Below, piece by piece: positions 1 through 9,585 of a stretch of 64,000 nucleotides of DNA; within the stretch, counting starts at the first letter, position 1; the number at the start of each line of letters is the position of its first letter. Made by a program: the position numbers and the translations under genes. Location: contig CAVUBS010000018.1 of the NCBI GenBank assembly GCA_963739725.1, forward strand, positions 366-64,365, written 5' to 3'. The notes under the pieces were generated by a model. The model had not been told where the DNA came from and searched no databases. It saw only the letters and a program-made list of their open reading frames with translations. The stretch is from an uncultured Alphaproteobacteria bacterium. Its GTDB lineage: Bacteria; Pseudomonadota; Alphaproteobacteria; Acetobacterales; Acetobacteraceae.

Positions 1-360
1 CACCTCCAAAGCGACGGCGAACGCGAGGTCCGCCACCGGTGCGAGCCAGCCGGGGATCAATGCGGAGACCAGGCAGGCGAGCCGGCCCAGCAGCCACAAC
101 GCGAGAAGTACCAAAAGTGGCGTTCCCGCAACCGGCGGCCGATTGGTCCAGTTCGGGATCGCAGTGAGCAGAAAGCCACCGACCGCGGACATGATGAAGC
201 CGAACAGCATCTCGTGGATGTGCCAGCTCAGCGGATCGAAGCGGCTCGGCAGATCGATGCCGCCGGCGAGCAGTGACAGCCACGCCGCCATCACCACCAC
301 CGACCAAGTCGCAGCCGCGAGGAAGAACGGACGGAAGCCGGCAGACAACAGCGGGCGCAT
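1..360 (-). CDS. nnrS: NnrS family membrane protein, N-terminal ~120 codons (gene continues beyond the left edge)
   Basis: Minus-strand open frame from ATG (cat at 358-360): MRPLLSAGFRPFFLAAATWS...WHIHEMLFGFIMSAVGGFLLTAIPNWTNRPP. This carries the FRPFFL / HE.LFGF / GFLLTA..NWT pattern typical of NnrS. It is absent from the ORF track, which seems to list only ORFs with a stop inside the window. Confidence 0.8.
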   Translation of the reverse strand, partial: MRPLLSAGFRPFFLAAATWSVVVMAAWLSLLAGGIDLPSRFDPLSWHIHEMLFGFIMSAVGGFLLTAIPNWTNRPPVAGTPLLVLLALWLLGRLACLVSALIPGWLAPVADLAFAVALEV

Positions 361-426
361 AGGGTCTACTTTGCAGAACCGGACAGCACATCCATTATTG
401 CACTTCACCAGCGGAGACACACGGCC

Positions 427-1407
427 ATGTCAGGCGCCAACACCTTCAAGTTCGTCATGCTGCCGCCGCAGTCGGACATCACGCGCGGCTGGGGAAAGCA
501 GCTGGCCGATGCCCTGCCTGAAGTACGTGTGGTGATCGCGGAAGACCAGGCGACGGCGGAACGCGAGATCGTCGACGCCGAGGCGGCATTCGGCCGTCTG
601 CCGCGCGAAGTGCTTGCAAAGGCGCGCCGGCTGCGCTGGCTGCAGGCGCCGCAGATTGCCCCACCGGCCGGATACTATTATCCGGAATTGATCGAGCATT
701 CGCTGACGGTCACCAACTTCCGCGAGATCTTCAACGACCATATCGGCGCGCACATCATGGCCTTCGTGCTGGCCTTTGCGCGCGGCCTGCAGCTCTACAT
801 CCCGCAGCAGCTCAGGCGGGAATGGAAGAAGCCGGCGGAGAACACCAGGGTCGTGCACCTGCCCGAAGCGACGGCGCTGATCGTCGGCCTCGGCGGCATC
901 GGTGCCGAAACCGCGCGGCTCGCCGCAGCGTTCGGCATGACGGTGCTGGCGACCGATGCGCGCCGCTCCGATGCGCCGCCCGGCGTCGCCGAGCTGCACA
1001 AACCCGAGGCGCTCGACGCGCTGCTGCCGCGCGCCGATTTCGTCATTCTGACGGTGCCGCACACGCCGGCGACCGAGGGCTTCATGAACCGCGCGCGCTT
1101 CCAGCGGATGAAGCGCAGTGCCTACTTCATCAATATCGGCCGCGGCATGACGACCAAGCTCGACGATCTGGTGGCGGCACTGAATGCGGGTGAAATCGCC
1201 GGCGCCGCGCTCGATGTCTACGAGCAGGAGCCGCTGCCTGCCGATCATCCGCTGTGGACGATGCCGAACGTGCTGCTGACGCCGCACGTGGCCGGGCACG
1301 GGCCGTATCTGGACGATCGGCGCTACGAGATCATGGTCGACAACTGCCGTGCCTTCCTGGATGGCAAGACGCTGCGCAACGTCGTCGACAAGGCCTCGTG
1401 GTTCTGA
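427..1407 (+). CDS. D-isomer-specific 2-hydroxyacid dehydrogenase family, NAD-binding
   Basis: 326-aa ORF with a Rossmann motif (IVGLGGIGAETARLAAAFGMTVLATD) and a catalytic-region pattern (INIGRG...AALDVYEQEPLP...LLTPHVAG). Confidence 0.9.
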   Translation: MSGANTFKFVMLPPQSDITRGWGKQLADALPEVRVVIAEDQATAEREIVDAEAAFGRLPREVLAKARRLRWLQAPQIAPPAGYYYPELIEHSLTVTNFREIFNDHIGAHIMAFVLAFARGLQLYIPQQLRREWKKPAENTRVVHLPEATALIVGLGGIGAETARLAAAFGMTVLATDARRSDAPPGVAELHKPEALDALLPRADFVILTVPHTPATEGFMNRARFQRMKRSAYFINIGRGMTTKLDDLVAALNAGEIAGAALDVYEQEPLPADHPLWTMPNVLLTPHVAGHGPYLDDRRYEIMVDNCRAFLDGKTLRNVVDKASWF

Positions 1408-1432
1408 ATGGGCCGATGAAGGACGGGCGCCG

Positions 1433-2260
1433 CTACAGGAAATCGCGCGCCCGCTCGAGATCCTCCAACTCACCGGTCTGCGACACCAGCAGCACCTCGT
1501 CGAAGCCGATCTGCTCCATGCGCTTGAACCGCCGGCGCGCTTCGTCCGGCGGGCAGGTGAGCCCGACATCGGTCGCCGCCGCGATGGCCGCGGATTCGGG
1601 CCGGTTGGCGAAATCGACCGCGACGTTGGCGAGCACCGCATTGGTGCCGCCGGCCGCGCGATAGATGCGCATGCCGTGTTCGAGATCGTCCCAGCTGCTG
1701 TAGCGCCCGGACGGTGTCCAGCCCTGGCACTGCTTCGCCGCATAGGTGATCCAGCGCGGACTGCGCCAGGCGCCGAGCAGGATCGGCGGTCCGCCCTCGC
1801 AGCCCGGCCAGGTCGACAAGGTCCCGCCGGTGTTCACGGCCTCGCCGCGCCACGCCTGCCGCATGATGTCGAGCGATTGCATCAGGGTGCGGAAGCGCTG
1901 GCTGTAGTCGTAGCCGAGCAGCACGAAATCGTCCTCGGTCGAACCGCTGCCGACGCCGAGCCGCAGCCGGCCGCCCGACAGTGCCTGGACCGACTGCACG
2001 CGATGGGCGAGTTCGATCGGATGGCGCAGCGGCACCTGCAGCACGCCGATGCCAAGCTCCACGCGCTCGGTCGCCGTGGCGAGCGCCGCGAGTGCCGTGA
2101 GCGGATCCAGCGTGGGCCGGCCGCGGCCGAGCGAATCGCCCACCCAGATTCCCGGAAACCCGCTGGCCTCGATCCGGCGCGCATAATCGGCCATGCGGGG
2201 AAGCAATTGGGTATAAGGTTCCGTCCCGGGGCTGAGACGGATCATCGTGCTGACTTTCAT
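1433..2260 (-). CDS. LLM-class (luciferase-like) flavin-dependent oxidoreductase
   Basis: ORF 1433..2350. The likely start is MKVSTMIRLS (cat at 2258-2260). GFPGIWVGDSLG...VELGIGVLQVPLRHPIELAHRVQSVQALSGGRLRLGVGSGS is typical of the LLM family. Confidence 0.8.
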   Translation of the reverse strand: MKVSTMIRLSPGTEPYTQLLPRMADYARRIEASGFPGIWVGDSLGRGRPTLDPLTALAALATATERVELGIGVLQVPLRHPIELAHRVQSVQALSGGRLRLGVGSGSTEDDFVLLGYDYSQRFRTLMQSLDIMRQAWRGEAVNTGGTLSTWPGCEGGPPILLGAWRSPRWITYAAKQCQGWTPSGRYSSWDDLEHGMRIYRAAGGTNAVLANVAVDFANRPESAAIAAATDVGLTCPPDEARRRFKRMEQIGFDEVLLVSQTGELEDLERARDFL

Positions 2261-2440
2261 GCGTGCCTGCCGTCGCAATGTGGCGGGAAGCATGCAACCG
2301 TCGGCCGCCGGTGCCAACCCCGCCAGCAGCCCGCCGGCTGCGTCGCGCACAGATGAGCCGGTCGCAGCCTCGCATGGATGGCTTTGTGACCGCGACCCAC
2401 GGTAGATACTGCGCGGCGTGACTCACTCTTCCCCGCCGCC

Positions 2441-4475
2441 ATGACCCGCCGGCCCGATCGGTTTCGCCCGGCGCCGGCGAACACGCGCCTGCCGGAGACC
2501 GCCATGGTGGTGGTCACCGGCACGGACCCGGACGGCGACGCCATCGCCCGACCGGCGGCATGGGATGGCTCGGATGGCCCGCCGCCGGTGATCTTCATGG
2601 CCGCAGAGCCGCACGGACAGCCGGCGCTCGCGCCCGGCGAGCGTGTGCTGGCGCGGCTGAAGGCGATCCCGGGATCCAGGCCGGGGACACAGGCGCGCTA
2701 CGAAGGCCGCACCATGCGACGGCTGACCGACGCGCCAGGCCGCGTGCTCGGTGTCTATCGCCGAAGCGCCCCCAACGCCGGTGGGCGCATCGTTCCCACC
2801 GACCGGCGTGCCAAGGCGGAATGGGTCGTCCCACCGGGCGAGGACGGCGGCGCCGCGGACGGCGAGATCGTGCTCGCCGAACCGCTGCCGCATCACCGGC
2901 TTGGCTTGAAGCCGGCGCGCATCATCGAGCGGCTCGGCGCGATGGGCGACGCGCGGTCGGTCAGCCTGATCGCGATCCACACGCACGACATCCCGCAGGT
3001 ATTTCCGCCCGCCGCGCTGGAGGAGGCCGCAGGCGCCGGCCCCCGCGACGCTCGGCCGGCGCACCGACCTGCGCGACGTGCCCCTGGTGACCATCGACGG
3101 CGACGATGCGCGCGATTTCGACGATGCGGTCTACGCCGAACCGGACGGATCGGGCTTTCGGCTCATCGTCGCCATCGCCGATGTCGCGGACTATGTGCGC
3201 CCCGGGTCGGCGCTCGACCACGCGGCGCGCACGCGCGGCAACAGCGTGTATTTCCCCGACCGCGTCGTGCCGATGCTGCCCGAGGCCCTGTCCAACGGCT
3301 GGTGCAGCCTGCGCCCGCAGGAGGACCGCGGCTGCCTGTTCGTCGAACTGCGCATCGACGCCGGAGGGCGCAAGCAGTCCCACCGCTTCGGCCGCGGCCT
3401 GATGCGCAGCGCGGCCCGCCTCACCTACGAGCAGGTGCAGCAGGCGCAGGACGCGGGCGACGATCTCGGCCTGCCGCTGCCCCATCTGTATGCCGCGTTT
3501 CGCGCCCTGCTGGCCGCCCGGACCGCGCGCGGCACCCTCGATCTCGACCTGCCGGAGCGGAAGGTGGTGATCGACGACGCCGGGCGAGTGCTCAGCGTCA
3601 CGCCGCGCCCGCGCCTCGACAGCCATCGGCTGATCGAGGAGTTCATGGTGCTGGCGAACGTCGCCGCGGCGGAGGAACTGGAACGGCTGCACCAGCCCGC
3701 GATGTACCGCGTGCACGCGCCGCCCTCGGACGAAAAGCTTGGCTTCCTGCGCGGCTTCCTGCACGGACTCGGCATTTCGCTGCCGCCCGGCGACCAGGTC
3801 CACCCGCGCGACCTCGACCGCGTGCTGCGCCAGGTCGTCGGCACCGCGGAAGCCCAGCTGGTCAACGACGTGATGCTGCGCAGCCAGTCGCAGGCCGAGT
3901 ACAGCCCCGACAACATCGGCCATTTCGGGCTCGCCCTGCCGCGCTACGCGCATTTCACCAGCCCGATCCGCCGCTACGCCGACCTGCTGGTGCACCGTGC
4001 ACTGATCCGCGGCCTGCAGCTCGGCCCGGGCGCATTGGCCGACGACGAGGCGCAGCGCTTCCCGGACACCGCGACGCACATCACCGCCACCGAGCGGCGC
4101 GCCCAGCTTGCCGAGCGCGACGCCGTGGACCGTTACCTTGCTGCATACATGGCCGACAAAGTCGGCGCGAATTTCACAGCGCGCATTTCCGGCGTGACGC
4201 GGTTCGGGCTTTTCGTCACAGTCGCAGAAAGTGGCGCAAGCGGAATCGTTCCGGTGCGCTCACTGCCCGACGATTACTGGAACCACGATGAGCGGGAGCA
4301 GACACTGACAGGCCGCCGGACCCGCGTCTCGTTTCGCCTGGCCCAGGAGGTCGAGGTCCGGCTCGCGGAAGCCAGCCCGATCACCGGCGGTCTGGTGTTC
4401 CACATCCTTCAGGGCGCGCCGCCCGAACGTGCGCGTGGCGGCCGAAAACCGGGGAAGCGGCCCCGCGACAGGTGA
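2441..4475 (+). pseudogene. rnr: Ribonuclease R (RNB exoribonuclease with C-terminal S1 domain), reading frame broken once
   Basis: The N-terminal part is in ORF 2441.. (frame 2, cold-shock-like region ending ...IAIHTHDIPQVFPPAALEEA). The RNB core is in ORF 3078..4475 (frame 0: LRDVPLVTIDGDDARDFDDAV...GNSVYFPDRVVPMLPE...HFGLALPRYAHFTSPIRRYADLLVHR). Removing one C from the C5 run at 3040-3044 joins the two. Confidence 0.9.
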
Positions 4476-6031
4476 TCCGCATCGGCACCCTGTTGTTGCT
4501 GCTGCTGATCGCTCCCGTGCACGCCCAGCCTGTCGTCGGCGTCGGTGCCTTCGACCCGCTGCTGGCCGCCAATGTCTATGCCGCCGCGCTCACGTTCATG
4601 ACGCCGCGCACGCTGGAACCTGTCGCGGTGTCGCAGCTCACGGTCTGGGGCCTGCGCGGGCTGACGGCGCTGGATCCCGACCTCGTCACCGAACTGCGGG
4701 ACGGCAGGCTGACCCTCGCCGCCCGGGATCGCGTGCTGCTTGTCAGGCCATCGCCGCCCGAGGCTGACGTGAACGGATGGGCCGCCGCCGCGGCGGAGCT
4801 GTCCACGGCCGCGGTCGGCGCTTCCGCCCTGGTTCGCCGCGCCGGCACGCAAGGCATCGTGCAGAGCTTCTTCGACGAGCTGTTCAACCATCTCGACCCG
4901 TATTCGCGCTACGTGCCCCCGCGTGAGGCCGGTGAGGATCGCGAGCGCCGGTCCGGCCAGGCCGGCGCAGGATTGCGTCTGGCGCGGCGGGGTGCGGCCG
5001 TCACCGTGGCGGAGGCGATTTCGGACGGCCCCGCGTCAATCGCCGGTATTCGCCCCGGGGATACGATCGTTGCCGTCGACGGCCAATCGACGCAGGGCAA
5101 GGATGGCCGCACGGTGGAAAAGCTGATCGATGGCCCGGAAGGCACCCGCGTCGCCATCAGCTGGCGCAGCCGGGACGGCCGCATGCACACCGCGGAGCTT
5201 GAACGCGCGATGGTGCCGCCGGAGACCGTGTACGCGCAGCGGGTGGGCGATGTGCTGCTGGTCCAGGTGACGGCGTTCAACCGAAGCACGGACAGCCACC
5301 TCGCCCACGCGATCGAGCAGGGCTTTGTCGGGCCGCACCCGTCCGCCGGCATCGTGCTCGATCTGCGCGGCAATCGCGGCGGCCTGCTGCGGCAGGCGGT
5401 CACCGCCGCGGACAGCCTGCTGCCCGCCGGGGTCGTCGCCATGACCGCCGGCCGCGACCCGGAGGCGACACGGATCTGGCGTTCCACGTCCGGCGACCTG
5501 GCGGTGAATATTCCGGTGGTCGTCATGGTCGATGGCCGGACGGCCAGCGCCGCCGAGATCCTGGCCGCCGCGCTCGCCGACCGCGGCCGGGGCGTCGTCA
5601 TCGGCAGCTCCACCCTCGGCAAGGGCCTTGTGCAGACGATCGCTCCGTTGCCGGACGGCGGCGAGCTGTTCGTCACCTGGAGCCGCGTGTTGGCGCCGCG
5701 CGGCTGGCCGATCCAGGGGCTCGGCGTGCTGCCGCAGGTGTGCACCAGCCTCGGTCAGGACACGCTCGGCTGGCAGCTTGCGTCGCTGGCGCAGGGGCGT
5801 CAGCCGATGGCGCAGGCGCTCGCAATCCACCGCGCCGCCCGCGCGCCGCTTCCCCCGGCGCAGATCCTGGCCATGCGCCGCTCCTGCCCCGCAGCGGAGG
5901 GGCGCGAGTCCGATCTGGACACGGCCCGTCTGCTGATCCGCGACCCGGCTGCCTATGCCGCGGCACTGCTGCCGCCGCTCGAGGATGCCGGCCAGGAGTT
6001 GGCGGTCAGCGATCGCGCCACTTCGCATTGA
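4472..6031 (+). CDS. S41 family C-terminal processing peptidase (signal peptide, PDZ, S41 core)
   Basis: 519 aa. Signal-like N-terminus MIRIGTLLLLLLIAPVHAQP, PDZ motif IAGIRPGDTIVAVDGQS, and S41 motifs LDLRGNRGGLL and VMVDGRTASAAEILAAAL..STLGKGLVQ. The GTG start at 4472 overlaps the rnr stop (GTGA). Confidence 0.88.
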   Translation: MIRIGTLLLLLLIAPVHAQPVVGVGAFDPLLAANVYAAALTFMTPRTLEPVAVSQLTVWGLRGLTALDPDLVTELRDGRLTLAARDRVLLVRPSPPEADVNGWAAAAAELSTAAVGASALVRRAGTQGIVQSFFDELFNHLDPYSRYVPPREAGEDRERRSGQAGAGLRLARRGAAVTVAEAISDGPASIAGIRPGDTIVAVDGQSTQGKDGRTVEKLIDGPEGTRVAISWRSRDGRMHTAELERAMVPPETVYAQRVGDVLLVQVTAFNRSTDSHLAHAIEQGFVGPHPSAGIVLDLRGNRGGLLRQAVTAADSLLPAGVVAMTAGRDPEATRIWRSTSGDLAVNIPVVVMVDGRTASAAEILAAALADRGRGVVIGSSTLGKGLVQTIAPLPDGGELFVTWSRVLAPRGWPIQGLGVLPQVCTSLGQDTLGWQLASLAQGRQPMAQALAIHRAARAPLPPAQILAMRRSCPAAEGRESDLDTARLLIRDPAAYAAALLPPLEDAGQELAVSDRATSH

Positions 6032-6105
6032 TACCGGCGTGCTGATCCGGCTTGACCTGCGGCCGCCTGGATCGCATTTTCGGTCGCTTCGGAGAGGATC
6101 ATGCC

Positions 6106-6273
6106 ATGGCGAAGACCAACACCGTCCAGATCAAGCTCGTGTCCAGTGCCGACACCGGTTTCTTCTATGTGACCCGGAAGAACGCGCGCACGCAGACCGG
6201 CAAGCTCGAACTGAAGAAATACGATCCGGTCGTGCGCAAGCACGTGCCGTTCCGGGAAGCCAAGATCAAGTAG
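6106..6273 (+). CDS. rpmG: 50S ribosomal protein L33
   Basis: [55 protein letters not shown], 55 aa, is the canonical L33 sequence. The ATG at 6106 lies inside ORF 6052..6273. Confidence 0.97.
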   Translation: MAKTNTVQIKLVSSADTGFFYVTRKNARTQTGKLELKKYDPVVRKHVPFREAKIK

Positions 6274-7648
6274 CGACGGCTGCGCCCATCGGGGCGGCGA
6301 TTGCGACCCGATTGCGACCGGCACGCTTGGCGGCGTACAGCGCGGCATCGGCCGCGTGGAGCAGCGCCTCGGGCGTGACCGGCACGTCCTGGCAGCAGGC
6401 GACGCCGATACTCACGGTGAGCCGGGATTTGACGCCTGGGGTCAATTCGAACGGAAAGGCCTCGACGGCGGCGCGCAGACGTTCGGCCGCCAGTGAGGCG
6501 TCGTCGGGCTCGGTCCCCGGCATCACGACAACAAATTCCTCGCCGCCGTAGCGGGCGAGCGAGTCGAACGCGCGCGTGTTGGCGCGCAGCGTATCGGCAA
6601 TGGCACGGAGTGCCGCGTCGCCGGCGGCGTGGCCGTAATCGTCGTTCACCAGCTTGAAGTGATCGACGTCGATCATCAGCACTGCGATCTCGCGGGTCTG
6701 TCCGCCCTCCAGCAGGTTGCGCAGGTGACGCATCAGGTAGCGATGATTGTAGATCCCGGTCAGCGGATCGGTCAGCGCCAGCGCCAGCGCCGTGCCCAGA
6801 TCGGCGCGCAGCCGGTCATGATAGAACTTGCGCCTGATCTGGTTGCGGGCGCGCGCGCGCAGTTCGTTCTCGTCCAGCGGCAGCGCGAGCCAGTCGTTCG
6901 CGCCGAGGTCGAAGCCGCGCAGGATGCTCTCGCGCTCCTCGGGCGCGGCGATCAGCAGCATCGGGATATCGTGGGTCGCGTCGGCGGCACGCAGCCACGA
7001 GGCGAGCTTCAGCGGGTCCTCCTCGATCAGGGCGAGGCTCAGCACGATCAGGTCGAACGGGATGGCGGCCGAGAGCGACATCGCCTCGGATGCGCTGCGG
7101 GCGCGGCCGGCCACGATGCCGTCGCGCGACAGTGCCTCCTGGACGGTCTGTGCGCCGAGGTCCCAGTCGTCCACAACCAGGGCGCGTGCGCCGGCGACCG
7201 AGGGAACGGCAAGATCCTCGCCGGTCAAGCCCATTGCCCTGGCGGTTTCGCTTCGCGCGCGCCACTCGTCGAGCAGCCGCTTGAGCCGGACCAGGCTGCG
7301 AACCCGGGCCATCAGCGTCTCGTAGTCGACCGGCTTGGTCAGAAAGTCGTCCGCGCCCGATTCCAGGCCGTGCACGCGCTCGGCCGGCTCGCCGAGAGCG
7401 GTCACCATGACGACCGGGATATGCAGGGTGGCCGGATCGTCCTTCAGCTTGCGGCAACACTCGAACCCGTCCATGCCAGGCATCATGACGTCGAGCAGAA
7501 TGAGGTCCGGCTGCCAGTCGTGGGCCATCCGCAGCGCTTCGAACCCGTCACGGGCGCTGGCGACCTGGTAGTATTCAGCCGACAGCTTGGCCTCCAGCAG
7601 ACGTGCGTTGGCCGGAACGTCGTCGACAATGAGTATCCGTGCAGTCAT
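6266..7648 (-). CDS. pleD: PleD-type response regulator diguanylate cyclase (REC-REC-GGDEF)
   Basis: The real start is [18 protein letters not shown] (cat at 7646-7648), inside ORF 6266..8341. There are two receiver domains followed by GGDEF ([13 protein letters not shown]). About 460 aa. Its 3' end overlaps rpmG convergently by 8 nt. Confidence 0.92.
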   Translation of the reverse strand: MTARILIVDDVPANARLLEAKLSAEYYQVASARDGFEALRMAHDWQPDLILLDVMMPGMDGFECCRKLKDDPATLHIPVVMVTALGEPAERVHGLESGADDFLTKPVDYETLMARVRSLVRLKRLLDEWRARSETARAMGLTGEDLAVPSVAGARALVVDDWDLGAQTVQEALSRDGIVAGRARSASEAMSLSAAIPFDLIVLSLALIEEDPLKLASWLRAADATHDIPMLLIAAPEERESILRGFDLGANDWLALPLDENELRARARNQIRRKFYHDRLRADLGTALALALTDPLTGIYNHRYLMRHLRNLLEGGQTREIAVLMIDVDHFKLVNDDYGHAAGDAALRAIADTLRANTRAFDSLARYGGEEFVVVMPGTEPDDASLAAERLRAAVEAFPFELTPGVKSRLTVSIGVACCQDVPVTPEALLHAADAALYAAKRAGRNRVAIAAPMGAAVAT

Positions 7649-7760
7649 CCGGGACGCATATCCCTCTGTTCCAATGGACCGACGCCGCCCCATCCCGTCG
7701 AGCGATCCGGGACCATAACCCAGGGTTGCGCTGGGCGAAAGCGAACATGGCGAGGAGTTC

Positions 7761-8624
7761 ATGCTGCTGCGGGTCGCGCCGTTCGCCTTCGTGCTGCTGT
7801 GGAGTTCCTCGTTCATTGCGGCCAGGGTCGGTCTGCGGCACCTGACGCCGCTGCTGTTCGTCGCGGTGCGGATGGTGCTGGCCGCCGCGGTGCTGGTTGG
7901 CGTGACGGCGGCGCTGCGACGGTCGTGGCGCGGGCTGGAAGGCCGGTGGGTGCACTGCGCGGTGTCCGGCGTGCTGACCAACAGCGTGCTGCTGACGACC
8001 GCGCATGTCGCCATGGTGCATGTCGGCGCGGCACCGATCGCGCTGATCCAGACGCTCAATCCGCTGCTGACCGCGCTGCTCGCCTGGCCGTTGCTGGGGG
8101 AGCGGCTGCGGCTGATGCAATGGCTCGGTCTGCTGCTGGGTGCGGCCGGCGTGGTGCTGATCGTCGGCCTGGCGGCCGCGCGGAGTCCGCTGGAACTGGA
8201 CGGGCTGCTGTTGGCGGCGGCCGGTACGGTGGGGCTGTGCGCCGGCACGCTGTACTTCGGACGGTTCTGCCGTGGCGTGCCGATCCTGGAGGGGACCGCG
8301 GTGCAGTTGCTCGCCGCGGCCGTCGCCTGTGTGGCGGCCACCGCGGTGTTCGAAACGCCCCAGGCTGACTGGACGGCCGGTGCGATCGCCGCCGTGCTGT
8401 GGAACGCGGCCGCGGTGTCGCTGGGCGGGATGGCACTCTATTACCTGATGCTGGTGCGCGGCACCGCGGCGCGGGCGGCGGCGAATTTCTACCTGGTGCC
8501 GGGTACCGCGGCGTTGCTGGCCTGGGCACTGCTGGATGAGCGACTGTCGGTGCTGACGGGGATGGGGTTGGCTGTGTCGTCGGTGGGATGCTGGATGGTC
8601 AGTCGGCGGGAGCAGCACCGATAG
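7761..8624 (+). CDS. DMT superfamily (EamA-like) transporter
   Basis: 287 aa, about 10 hydrophobic helices, EamA-like N-terminus (FAFVLLWSSSFIAARVGL). GAGGAG sits upstream of the ATG at 7761. Confidence 0.8.
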   Translation: MLLRVAPFAFVLLWSSSFIAARVGLRHLTPLLFVAVRMVLAAAVLVGVTAALRRSWRGLEGRWVHCAVSGVLTNSVLLTTAHVAMVHVGAAPIALIQTLNPLLTALLAWPLLGERLRLMQWLGLLLGAAGVVLIVGLAAARSPLELDGLLLAAAGTVGLCAGTLYFGRFCRGVPILEGTAVQLLAAAVACVAATAVFETPQADWTAGAIAAVLWNAAAVSLGGMALYYLMLVRGTAARAAANFYLVPGTAALLAWALLDERLSVLTGMGLAVSSVGCWMVSRREQHR

Positions 8625-8654
8625 CCCTGTTGTCAGCGGGGGCTTGGCTTTGAA

Positions 8655-8795
8655 TTATTGGATTCTCCCCCTCCCCTTGCGGGAGGGGGTCGGGGGAGGG
8701 GTGGCGCCTGCACACGGCTGGATGGCGACACCTACGCCAGGCCTGCCCCCTCCCCCCAACCCCCTCCCGCGAGGGGAGGGGGAGTTCCTTATCGC
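8655..8795. repeat. Inverted pair of GC-rich hairpin elements (family B: CCCTCCCC[12 protein letters not shown] plus a G-rich tail)
   Basis: CTCCCCCTCCCCTTGCGGGAGGGGGTCGGGGGAGGGGTGG at about 8667-8706. Its near-identical reverse complement (GCCCCCTCCCCCCAACCCCCTCCCGCGAGGGGAGGGGGAG) lies at about 8745-8786. Related copies are at 51300-51482 and 54200-54258. Confidence 0.7.
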
Positions 8796-9487
8796 GCGGC
8801 GAACTGTGTCTTGCCGAACATGATCTCGCGCTCGGCGTCGGTCATCTGCCCCTGGCGCTGGCTCTCGGCCAGCACCGCGACGCCACGCTGCACCGCCGGA
8901 CGCGCCGCCATCGCATCGTGCCAGCGCTTCACATTCGGATAGTCGCCGAGGTTGATGTTCCGCCGCTCCGGATTGCGGATCCAGGGGAAGTTGATGATGT
9001 CGGCCATGCTGTATTCGTCGCCGGCGAGCCACGTCGCCTCGGCCAGACGCTTGTCCAGTACGCGATGCAGCCGCTTCACCTCGTTGGTGTAGCGCTCGAT
9101 CGCGTAGGGGATCTTCTCCACCGCGTAGTTGGCAAAATGGTTGTACTGGCCGAACATCGGACCCGTGCCGCCCATCTGGAACATCATCCACTGCAGGCAG
9201 GTGTAGCGCCCGACCGGGTCCTTCGGGATCAGTTTTCCGCCCGACTTCTCCGACAGGTAGATCATGATCGCGGCGGACTCGAACAGCTTCAGCGGCTTGC
9301 CGCCGGGGCCATCGGGATCGACGATGGCCGGAATGCGATGGTTCGGCGTGATCGCCAGGAACTCGGCCTTGAACTGCTCGCCCTTCCCGATGGCGATCGG
9401 GATCACCTTGTAGGGCATGCCGAGTTCTTCCAGCGCGATGTGCACCTTGTGCCCGTTCGGTGTCGGCCAGGTCCAGACTTCGATCAT
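8789..9487 (-). CDS. Glutathione S-transferase, Nu-class (YfcG/YghU-like)
   Basis: Start MIEVWTWPTPNGHKVHIALEELG (cat at 9485-9487, GGAGG upstream). ITPNHRIPAIVDPDGPGG and ESAAIMIYLSEK are present. About 232 aa. Paralogue of the GST at 43688..44402. Confidence 0.88.
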   Translation of the reverse strand: MIEVWTWPTPNGHKVHIALEELGMPYKVIPIAIGKGEQFKAEFLAITPNHRIPAIVDPDGPGGKPLKLFESAAIMIYLSEKSGGKLIPKDPVGRYTCLQWMMFQMGGTGPMFGQYNHFANYAVEKIPYAIERYTNEVKRLHRVLDKRLAEATWLAGDEYSMADIINFPWIRNPERRNINLGDYPNVKRWHDAMAARPAVQRGVAVLAESQRQGQMTDAEREIMFGKTQFAAR

Positions 9488-9525
9488 GGGTTCCTCCCTC
9501 GCTTTGCCGACCGATGTGCCTCGGC

Positions 9526-9585
9526 CAGGCATGTCCCACTCAGGCATGTCCCACTCAGGCATGTCCCACTCAGGCATTTCCCGCC
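9526..9585 (-). repeat. 15-bp tandem repeat x4 (AGTGGGACATGCCTG on the coding strand)
   Basis: Plus strand: caggcatgtcccact x3 (9526-9570), then the degenerate copy caggcatttcccgcc (9571-9585). That last copy forms the final codons (...AGNA) and, with position 9570, the stop of the aminotransferase gene. Each unit boundary carries an in-frame TGA. Confidence 0.9.

Noticed and set aside
3040-3044. Programmed ribosomal frameshifting or transcriptional slippage as an explanation for the frame breaks (for example the C5 run in rnr).
   Set aside because: The breaks occur in 16 unrelated genes and most lack slippery heptamers or long homopolymers. None of these families is known to use recoding, and up to six occur in one gene (mutL). 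Error or pseudogenisation is far more parsimonious.
6266-8341. 691-aa version of the pleD ORF extending upstream to 8341, antisense to the DMT transporter gene.
   Set aside because: The N-terminal 230 residues are Ser/Thr/Ala-rich nonsense antisense to a good membrane-protein ORF. The canonical receiver-domain start [10 protein letters not shown] at 7648 gives the expected PleD length of about 460 aa.
9526-9585. Considered whether the short tandem arrays (9526-9585, 34710-34770, 47001-47078) could be degenerate CRISPR arrays.
   Set aside because: The units are directly adjacent with no unique spacers. The period is only 14-17 bp, there are at most 5 units, and no cas genes are in the window.
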